Assembly: GCA_964016885.1 (NCBI GenBank)
Contig: OZ024743.1
Coordinates: forward strand, 187,364,001-187,428,000
Direction: 5' to 3'
DNA from: Eledone cirrhosa
Taxonomy: Eukaryota
Length of the DNA: 64,000 nucleotides
Shown: positions 53,860 through 64,000 of the stretch, one piece after another
Position numbering within the stretch: the stretch's first letter is position 1
How the letters are laid out: each line of letters begins with the position of its first letter
Program-made: the position numbers and the translations under genes
The notes under the pieces: generated by a model
Seen by the model: only the letters and a program-made list of their open reading frames with translations
What the model was told of the DNA's origin: nothing
Database searches by the model: none

Positions 53860-54455
53860 ACTAGTTATCGCGACCAACTTTGATGTTGCTTTGAGCCAGT
53901 TGTTTTAGGGTAACTACAACTTTGTCCTATCATTCCTTGTCATTCCACTACCTCTGGTAGTCCAGAAACTTTCTCAGTATTTGGGTTGTTCCCAGAAGGC
54001 ATGACTTCTGGAGTAATTCAATCTGTGGTGCAAAATCTGTTTTCGACAGGTAGTTTTCAAAGTTATTTGTCACCATGCCAAGAACACCAATCACCACTGG
54101 GACAATGATGACTGTCTTCACTTCATTACTCCAGCATTTCAAAATCTTATACTTTAAGTTGGTATATTTTACCATCTCTTTTAGTTTAATTTTGGTGTCA
54201 AAAGGACATGCTGCTTCTATGAGGGTACATTTTCTTTCCTTCTAATCAATTACAACAATATCTGCTTTGTTGTGTTCAATCTTTATCTCAGTCAGGATGG
54301 GCAAGTCCCATAAGAGCTTTATCATATCATTCTCTACATCTCATCTCATTTGTGACACCATGTTCATAGCTTTTTTCTGCATATGGAAATCCATACTTTT
54401 TACATAAGCTCTAGTGCAATATGGTAGCCACCTTACCATATCCGGCTTTTTATAT
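53860..54455 (-). mobile_element. R4/Dong-like LINE restriction-like endonuclease 3' end
   Basis: ORF 53948-54175 VIIVPVVIGVLGMV...LQKSCLLGTTQILRKFL. Confidence 0.75.
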
Positions 54456-54479
54456 AATCATTGTTATTGCTCTGTCATG

Positions 54480-56800
54480 GATAATGCACCAGGGTATTTA
54501 GTCATCTGTCAAGTCACAACAAGGACCTCAGACATAATACTTTCCTCAAAATATGTGCAGTACCTAGCACAGCCATTATTTGTATGAGACCCAACCTGTA
54601 TGGTATTTCTAGTCACTTTAAGAAGTCTTGAAATTCCAATGGGATTGACCCTGATATCCTGATCACAACTGGTATCGCTTTCACATCATCCTCTTACCTT
54701 CCAAATAATCTTCCCATCTCCACTTTCAATTCAGAGTACTTTCAATCTCTTTACTTGCAATATTCGTGTCATTTGGTATGGCTGCATCGATGATCTAACA
54801 GCATTTGTCTTTCTTGCTCAACTCGACAAAGTCCAGTCAGTGATGCTTAGATATTCCATCAGTTTAAAAATCATAATCCCAGAATATCGTTGATTACTTT
54901 ATAAGGCACATTCTGAAACCAATTCTGTATGACTTCATATTGGTATTTATAAATTAGAAACCAATGAAGGTATAGACATACTTTATCATGGTGCCACTTG
55001 TATTCTTTTTGCTCTCACATCCACTTACCAGGTGAGCCATATTTTCCACATTCTTTCCACAGAGCCTTCATTTCTGGGTGTCAGAAATTTTGTAGGTATT
55101 ATGTTTCACCGAATCGGTAGCAAGAGCTTGGTCTTGTGCTGCAACTATAAGGCTTTCAATGGCACATTTCACTTCGCCTTGCGTAAGCCATGCCCACAAT
55201 GTTGTTCTATCTTTGATATCCCATGTATTACTCTCAAACTGACCTTGCTTTCTCATTCCTAGTAGATCTTTTCTTTTCTCTTCAGCTCTTTTTTTCAACT
55301 CTTCCTTTCTAACCATTTCTATTGCATTCATACACATATCTTCTGCTGCATATTGCAACAACTCTTTTCCTGTTTATCTAATATTCTGAAAGCATTCTCC
55401 TTTCAATCTTTCTACAATCATAAGGTCTCTGCCAACATACTTTCTCTTCATGTATAGTCTATTAATATTTGCTTTGGGGGTTTAAAACTCCATACAATGT
55501 CATTAATTTTATCGTCTTTCAATCTAATTTTGATATTTCTTCTCCAGTGCAACTGAGAATGGATGCACTATATCTAACCACTTAAACTGCCCATATATTC
55601 ATTGCATTCAAGTTAGATTTTAAAATCATTTTTACTCTTTTTAAATGTATCCCTGTAACCTTTTTTTTCATTTCTGCATGCAAAATATCATCTAGTTCTA
55701 AGATCTCTAAATATTTATAGCCACTATCTTGGTTTCTCCCTATGACAGTCATAGTTGTAATCCACTAGAGGCTGCTTTCTTCCCTCTTTTCATGTTGAGT
55801 ACAGAGCATTTAAACATTCCAAATTCCATACTGATGTCACATCTGAATGGTTTAACCAATGAATCTATTTGGTTTTCAGACTTCTGAAACAATTTCAGCT
55901 CAGCCATAAACAGAAGGTAGTTTATGAATGCCATAGCTTTCCAAATTGGTAGCCCATTTTTATTTATTCAGTGTCAGTATTATAAAAGATAATAATGGTG
56001 AGAATGAGTCTCCTTGGAATATACCTTTTTTTAATTTCTAATTCTCCCAGAAAGACTTTGCTTGAGTACAACTTTGTTTTCCACTCTGGCATACTACTTA
56101 ACATAAACTTTGTGATGTTGTCAGCAATACCAAGCATCTGCAGACATTCACCAATCCAAGAATGGGGCACCATATCATAAACATTCTTAAAGTCAACCAG
56201 GCAATAGACACGTTTGTGTGATGTTTCAATGCCTCAAAACTGTCTTAACAATAATCAGGTGATCCTTGGTACACTGGGACTTCTTCCTACATCCCTTTTG
56301 TTCCTTTGGTAGTATTCCTTCTTGTGACAAAAAACCCTGCAAATATCCCAGTGAGGACCTTCCATATTATGTTTATGCATGCTATAGGGTAGTAGTGTTC
56401 CACAGCATTCTCCTTACTTCTATCTTTTATCACATCCAGGTGAGGACTGCACCTCTCTGGACTCAATCATTCAATCGTGTTGCCAGTTTTTTGTGTATTG
56501 CATGGATCCCACCAGGCCCAGGAGCTTTCCAGTTTGGTATCTTATGAATTCCTTTACGTGATCCTTCATATTGACTGTGCTTATGGTAATATCTTTTTGC
56601 ATATTTCCTCCTTGCAATTCTTTCTCGATGGTGTTTATCTGCTTGGCATAATTTCTATGCATCATATTGTTTCTCCATATCCCATTACAGAACTCCTTAT
56701 TTTGTGTTATTTTGGAAGAATCTATTCTCCTAAAACTGTTTATTTCTGACTTTTTGAGAGAATCCCCTGACATTCAATCAGTGTAGCATACACTTCCTTC
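54480..56800 (-). mobile_element. Degenerate R4/Dong-like LINE (RT + RLE)
   Basis: YDMVPHSWI, NYLLFMAELKLF, DISMEFGMFKC, ESLIVAAQDQALAT, AVLGTAHILRKVL in several broken frames. Confidence 0.8.
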
Positions 56801-58074
56801 AGCCTTTTGTGTCTAACTGCATCCACATTCTGTGTGTGATCTGTTCCTTGGTAATGACTGTTCAGAGCCAGATCACTTCCCCTGTTGCTGGGGTCTCCAA
56901 ACATGAGGTCTTGCAAAAGGCATGACTGTCATATGATTCATTTCTTCTTCCCTATAAACCAGAGAGGCTTTGTCTCTATGTAAGAAATCAATATCTGAAT
57001 AATATATCATCTCAGCTGTAGCATGTTATAATTTCTAATTCAAATTATTTCTAATTCCAGATGTTTAAAAATATAAACAAAACAAAACAAGACTCTTTTC
57101 ATTAAAATGTAAAATTATTTCAATTGGTTGAAGAAGGAAAGAACCATCTAAAATAAAAAAAAATATAACAAAAAATAGTTTCACTCTCACTTTTTCACTT
57201 CCTCACACCCCCTCTCTCTTTCTCTTTTGCTCTCTTTTGATTAATGGAAAATAAATCAAAAAGAAATATTATTACACAAATTTTGCAATTTAATTATTAC
57301 TTTGGAAGCAATTTTTACACAGTGAAGGATCATTACAAATTAACTACACTAGTGATTACAGACTACATCCATATGAAAATTAGAGATTAAGATTGAATTT
57401 TATAGCTAAAAATGTTCCCGGTTGCATTTAAACAACTATACTTTCATGTGTCTGTTAAATTGAATGCTACTTAATTTAATCACAAACAGCTCTAAATAAT
57501 GGGTTTTGAAATATGCAAACATATACATACACATAAACCACAGCTACAAATCATGTATATTGTTCTAACAAACATCGAGAATCTGAAGGTTGTAAAACAT
57601 GTATTGTATGGCTATCTCTAGTACCACAAACTCAAAAAAAACTATACTTTTCTACTACTGTATATTTTTGTGTTGTACTTCAAAGTATCTAGAATGTTCT
57701 TAATGTATAAAGAAAATCCTATCCCCATTTTAAAAACACTTATATGATAGGTGGATCTTTTAAAAATAACAGCCAGTTATCCTCAGATCACAATATGACA
57801 GCTTTAAAAAGAAAACACAATGGACAATGTATTCTTGACTACAAAAATATAAGATGTTGAAGCCTTAATGTTGGTAGCTCACCTTACTGAAGTATCAAAT
57901 AATGCCAATAGGAGAAATAGGTTGTCCAGCATCTTAGCCCTGCTATGTAGTGAATCTGTTAGCTTGCTTCAAATTGTATCAGAGAGAAACTCTAGCACCC
58001 CTTGTTGTGTTGCATGTGGGTCTCCCCCCCATTTTGTCTTCCTCTATTATTCTCCACCTTTTGCTTTCCTTTCC

Positions 58075-58105
<31 letters not shown>

Positions 58106-60012
58106 GAAAAAACATTTACATAAAAATTGCAGACCATATTAATAAAATTGATCTGTTATATTAAGTGCCCAAGCTTCTGAACCCAACAATGGAAAGACTA
58201 GGAATATTGATTATAAAGGATGAGCTTAACCCTTTAGCATTTACATTACTCTATATATATATACTATTGTATTTTTGTGGTAAACACTCTATCTCACATA
58301 ATATTGATCTACGAGATTTTGATATTATTTATTTTAAAAACAATACCTTAACATCAGTATGAGCAGCCGGTTACAACCAGTTTGAACAGAAAGAGATGAG
58401 AGAATTTTGTCCAGATATGGCAGATGCCCAAATATTGGTCACTTTGTTGCAAGTTGACTGTGGTATCGCTTTTTGAGTGAGAAAATCTTTTTCTAAGTTA
58501 ATCACATAAAAATCCAAATATTTAAATTCATCCACACAATTTAGAATATCATTTGCTTACCCATTCGTTATCAATTTTTTAATAAATGACATTGCTTACA
58601 ATTTTCATATTATTTTGAAAATCGACAAGAATTTTGATGAATTTTGTAAAATAATTATCTCTATAAATTTAATACTTGGAACATAACTCAACAAAAGTTC
58701 TTACATGATATTATGATAAATATAAATTAGATAAATAGTTACACTTTAAAATGAATAGTTTTGTATCATAGAATCAGAGGTTTTCTTATATAAATCTGTC
58801 TTCTTTTGATGACAAAGTTAAATATATTATTTTGTTCTGAGGCAAGGATTATTTAGGTAGAGTATTGAACATTTTACTGCTGTCATGAGGAACAGTCATA
58901 TATCGTGGACATCATGTAAGCAATTAACAAGTAGTACAAGCATGGCTGGATCAAAATTTTAGAGGCTGTAACCATGGAAAAGATTGTTGGGCTACCTTTT
59001 ATGGGTTATTACAGCTGCAGCATTGCACCATGGACCATTGTAAATCAGACACTGAAAAAAAATAAATCTATGGAGCATCACTTTACTTGAAGCCCTAAGC
59101 ATATGGTTATTATGCTTAATGGTTAATCCAGAGATGTGTACATAATTATCTGCGAAAATCTATATCCAAGCATTGCTACATAGTAACTGCAGTAAACGCT
59201 TGAAAAGACCCCATATCTCACTCACTTACCATGTAGAGTGGAACTCATCGAATCATACTAAAGAAACAATGTTTCCATTGGTCTTTCCAATGCTGATACT
59301 CTCTACTGGTCACAATTCCTGGCAAAAAGAGCAACATGAAATAAAGTGTCTTGTTCGAGGACATAACACATTGCTTGGTCTGGGAATTGAACTCACAATC
59401 TCACAATTGCAAATACAATTCTCTAACCACTAAACTGTGTACCTTCACACTATCTACTGATTATTTAAGTACATTATCAAGAGTGATGACACAAAGGAAG
59501 GACACTAAATTATCAACCTTGAAACATTTCTGTTATTATATCAAATATCTTTGTTTCACCATCAAGAATATGAATGATGGATTTTGTAACTGTTTAATGT
59601 ACTTTAGTGTCATCCAGCCATTATATTCTACCCCCAAAACATCTTGCCTAACCTATGCAGCATAGAGACATGAACAATAGAAGCATGATAAATATATACA
59701 GGTCAGTGGCCCACTATAGCTAGATCCCATGAGGTTGATTGAACAAGTAAAAGAATCAACCATAATAATATGCTACATATCTTTGTATAATTTTATATAT
59801 ATATATCTCTGTAACTCTTTAAAATTTTCAAAAACATATAAACACATACATACAAACAATACATTTCCTATCTCAATTATTTGCTACAATAACATTTTCA
59901 CTTTCCAATCAGAAAGTCCTGGTTTCTAACCCTACATTTAAAAGGCTAACCCTGTAAAAGGCTACTTCTCCAAAGTTACTCATGTCATTTGTACATACAT
60001 ACTGAGCATTTA

Positions 60013-60853
60013 TGAGGTGTCTTAGAAAGGTAACAAGATTTAGTGAGCTGTGTGAGCTATGAATGTGGTAGGGATTGTGATGTAATATCTGATGAGTACA
60101 TAACTGTGATCTAAGCTCTCTGCGGGTATTGTATGTTTTTTCACATGCTTATTTTAAAAGCTCCTCAATTTCAGACCATCAAATAATGGGCATAGAGCAA
60201 TGAACTAACCTAAAGTTTCTGGTCCAGCTGGAGAAAACTCCATCAGAAGCACTCAAAATATTGCAGTAGGTGTACGGAGATGAGACAATGTTGCACCCAT
60301 GCGTTTTCAAGTGGCACATTATGTTCAAAGAGAAATGCAAGGACATGAAAGACAACCTCAGGAGCAGAAGACCTTCTACAAGCAAGATTCAAGCCAATGT
60401 TGAGCATGTGTGGTGGTGATTGGCTGACTGTTCAACTGATCCCAAGTGAGCTGGGCATGAACCATGACAGCATTTGGAAGTTTGCCACTGAAGATATTTG
60501 TGCACAAGAACTGTACAAAGATGGTGCCAAAGCTGCTGAATGATGATTAGAAGAAGTAGTATATGTAGATGCGTCAGGATATCTTCAAGTGTCTTGAAAT
60601 TGAACCTGACTTGCTGAGGAGAGTCACCACTGGTAATGAGTTAAGGGGACCTGTTTTCTGGATGTGGAAGCCATCGAGGTCTGTGACAACGAAGCTATGA
60701 AGAATCCTTCCAACAGTGCATGGAGACATGGTGGAGAAGGATGGGGAAGTGTGTTAGACTCAAGAGGGATTATTTCGAAGGGGAAAACTTGTAGTTTGTA
60801 GTTTGGGTTTGAAATATGTTTTTGTGATCCAGTTTCTTTTCTGACACACCTAG
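60013..60853 (+). mobile_element. Internally deleted mariner transposon relic
   Basis: TA flanks; TIRs TGAGGTGTCTTAGAAAG and (rc) CTAGGTGTGTCAGAAAAG; LKFLVQLEKTPSEA, RSRRPSTS, MVPKLL, TGNE, KCVRLKRDYFEG remnants. Confidence 0.85.
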
Positions 60854-62139
60854 TATGTAATTATATAAATGATTGAAATAGCATTTTTATCTTTATTCAC
60901 TTCCCAGTAATCAACATAAACCATGGGGTTTCTCTTATGCAAACAATAAATTCAACAGAACTAGTTCATATGTTATATGCAATAATCTTGGCACAGATGG
61001 CATACCCATCTTAGATTTTAAAAATCAAATATATTCAATGCTATTGTTGTCATTATTGATGTCACTGTGAGTACATGTGTATGTATGTGAATTAATATTT
61101 GCTACCTTTTTATCTGACACTATTTTTACATAGACAAATGTTAATGATATTATTGATCAATCCAGGTGCAAACCTGATAACTGTTCTAAGAGATTTTGAA
61201 AATTATCGATGTTGACAATTCGTGTTTCTTGTAAATATGCTTGTGTGAAAAATATCATTTTGTTTGTTATGTAAAATTATATTTATTGTTTTTTTTTATA
61301 TAAACTATTTGCATGAATTTGCTGACAGACTATCAGACTATGTGTTACTTTAACAATATCTTAATGCTAACATGATCACCTTTTTGTATAGAAAAGGTTT
61401 AATTATTTACAATCTACCTTTTAAATACTTGAATGTACATTGAAAAATAAATAAAGAAGAATAGAATTGTTGTTTACAGATCATGAGTGACTGTTGAATA
61501 CACTAGTGAAAGACGTTTGTTTCTGGGTTTAGTGTCAAAGTGTGTATATGTGTGTGTTGTGGTTATTGTAGTTGTTACTCTTATTTATTTTATGAAAAGT
61601 ACGTTTTCCAATATAAGATTGTGGTTGTTATTATCTGTCTTCGAATGATTGTTTTGATATGTGTTTTTTTTGTCTCTCTTTAAATGTTTGTCTTCTGTAA
61701 AGTCATTTCAGTATTTTTCTGAAGTGTTTCTGTGATTTGTTTTAAATAAGAAGCTTTCATGCTATTTCTTCTCTTGTCAAGCCACCCCTCTAGTAAACAT
61801 GTCAAAGTTTTTCTAACATAGCACCAGACATTAACACGAAATGTTGTTCTAAAATATTTTTAGCACATCAGACGACCCCACAGCTTCTTTTGGAAACAGT
61901 TTCACTAAGAGGTTTAACTAATGTAAACTGTTATTAATCGCAATGTAACTAGATGTTGATGTATATACAATAACAGAGAAAACTGTAGACAAAACTCTGA
62001 TTCTAATGTAAATATTTTTATCCATTTTAAGAAATATACCCAAAAGCGGCTATGGTCTCAAATTAAAATGGTCTAAAAGGAAAAGAGGCAAAAATTTCCA
62101 TAAATATTTGAATCTCATATAGATCTTTTTTTATTAACG

Positions 62140-62270
62140 TCCCCTTACGATCTGAGTTCAAATCCTGCCGAGGTTAACTTTGCCTTTCATCCTTACGGGG
62201 TCGATAAAATAAAGTACCAGTAACGTACTGGGTAATTGCTGGCCTTGTACCAAATGTAGAAACAATTAAT
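62140..62270 (+). mobile_element. 5'-truncated SINE family A
   Basis: B box, core and tail match. Confidence 0.85.
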
Positions 62271-62276
62271 TATATT

Positions 62277-62560
62277 CATCATACCCATCACTGTTCAATG
62301 CCAAGTTTCTATGTTTGAATAGGTTAGATAGGTTGTCACATTATGAGGCCAAACTAGCCAAGAGATCACCTCCTGCTCATAACCACCATTTTTTGAGCTG
62401 GTTTTCTAAGGCTGGATCCCCTTCCTAATGCTAACCACTTACTGTGTGTACTGAGAGCTATTTTTCGTGGTGCCAACACAATCACTTTACAAGGTTGACA
62501 GGTTGCCTTTTGTTGTGGCGCCAGTAGGACCACCATTACAAATGGAAAACAGAGCACACA
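62277..62560 (-). mobile_element. Degenerate RTE 3' UTR
   Basis: GGCTGGAT.CCCTTCCTAATGC.AACCACTT motif shared with other copies. Confidence 0.55.
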
Positions 62561-63074
62561 AAGATTTGTTAACACAAGCCAGTTCAGATGTCATCAAATC
62601 TATAATCAAAGATCCTGGTAATTGTCTTCTATTTTTAGTAGGTTGAGTAACTAATCAAGTAGATACTCCCTTACTGTCTCATAACACAAGGTTGAGGGTT
62701 TTCACAGTACATATTTTTCACAAGTCATGATCCTTCTATCTTATTTCCGACAACCCAGGTTCTAAATTGCTGATCTGCAGATTGTAAGCATGGAAACATA
62801 TTGTATTAAGTTTGACATGCCACAGTGTAGTTTTAACTAGCATGCCAATGCACTGATAATGCTCTTAATGCACAGATATGAGATATGGAAACAAGCAGGT
62901 GTTGTAAAGTAATATTTATATTCATTGTTCTTTCATCTTTTCATCACACACATATTTGTATTTTTTATTATATTTTCATTTGTGTTACGCAGCCACCTAC
63001 TTGATAGCAACTTCATCATTTTTTGATTCACCAAAGATATCATTTGATGTATTTATACGTGAATATATATAACC

Positions 63075-64000
63075 TTTCTGTTGTTCTCCTGTCTCACTCG
63101 CTTTACGCGTTTTAATTGTCCTAATAACTTATTTTGGTTATTATTGCACCGAAGTGAGATATATGATTTTTAATGCAATGAAATATCTATGATCTTCGGC
63201 AAATCACTGATGAGGGACGTATTTTATTACATGTTACCATGTGCTACCTGCAGTATTTTTCTCTATATTTTAATACATATATTTACCACTGCGATTCTGT
63301 GTTTTTTTCTCTCTCTCTTACTGTTCCCCCATTCTCTCTGTTTCTCCCCCTCTGTCTTGTCCGTTAACTCTTCCTCACACTTTCACTCACTCACTGTTTT
63401 TCTCCCTCTTCTCTTCATTTCATCCTGCACTCACGGACGCTATTTTTTCTCTCTCTGCTCAATGGCCTTCGTTCGTGCTGGACTATTCTTTCCCTAGCGC
63501 TCATATATTCACCTAGCTTACGCTAACAGAATAATTTTTGAAGCTTGTTTCTCTCCCACGGTATGCTATCTTTTCTGTTGTTCTCCTGTCTCACTCGCTT
63601 TACGCGTTTTAATTGTCCCAATAACTTATTTTGGTTATTATTGCACCGAAGTGAGATATATGATTTTTAATGCAATGAAATATCTATGATCTTCGGCAAA
63701 TCACTGATGAGGGACGTATTTTATTACATGTTACCATGTGCTACCTGCAGTATTTTTCTCTATATTTTAATACATATATTTACCACTGCGATTCTGTGTT
63801 TTTTTCTCTCTCTCTTACTGTTCCCCCATTCTCTCTGTTTCTCCCCCTCTGTCTTGTCCGTTAACTCTTCCTCACACTTTCACTCACTCACTGTTTTTCT
63901 CCCTCTTCTCTTCATTTCATCCTGCACTCACGGACGCTATTTTTTCTCTCTCTGCTCAATGGCCTTCGTTCGTGCTGGACTATTCTTTCCCTAGCGCTCA
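63075..64000 (+). repeat. 497-bp near-identical tandem repeat (at least 1.9 units, runs off window)
   Basis: 63075-63571 repeated from 63572; identical spurious ORFs 497 bp apart; pyrimidine-rich; contains CTGATGA. Confidence 0.92.

Noticed and set aside
63180-63220. Type II hammerhead (GAAA...TC...CTGATGA order)
   Set aside because: Stems I and II cannot be formed
63189-63994. Duplicated 102-aa hydrophobic ORF as a gene pair
   Set aside because: Arises from a pyrimidine-rich tandem unit; low-complexity F/L/S composition

Overview
This is AT-rich, repeat-dense eukaryotic DNA, intronic or intergenic. No host protein-coding gene, prokaryotic operon or CRISPR array can be supported. The repeat inventory resembles an octopus/cephalopod genome (inference only). 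It contains one near-full-length but inactivated RTE-clade LINE (33.7-37.5 kb, with a PHD-type finger inside the RT region) and many RTE 3' fragments. It also holds Tx1/L1-like and R4/Dong-like LINE relics, two tRNA-derived SINE families, hAT, mariner and Helitron-like relics, and many microsatellites. The most interesting signal is non-coding: several unrelated small elements beside (TA)n tracts carry hammerhead-ribozyme (HHR) motifs and/or fold-back inverted duplications. These include a 235-bp terminally redundant monomer with an apparently complete type I HHR (40126-40386, retrozyme-like). They also include a Penelope-like element with a GIY-YIG C-terminal remnant, a 1.4-kb inverted arm and minimal HHRs (27840-31282, third copy at 1-402). 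Boundaries of degenerate repeats were read by eye and are approximate.
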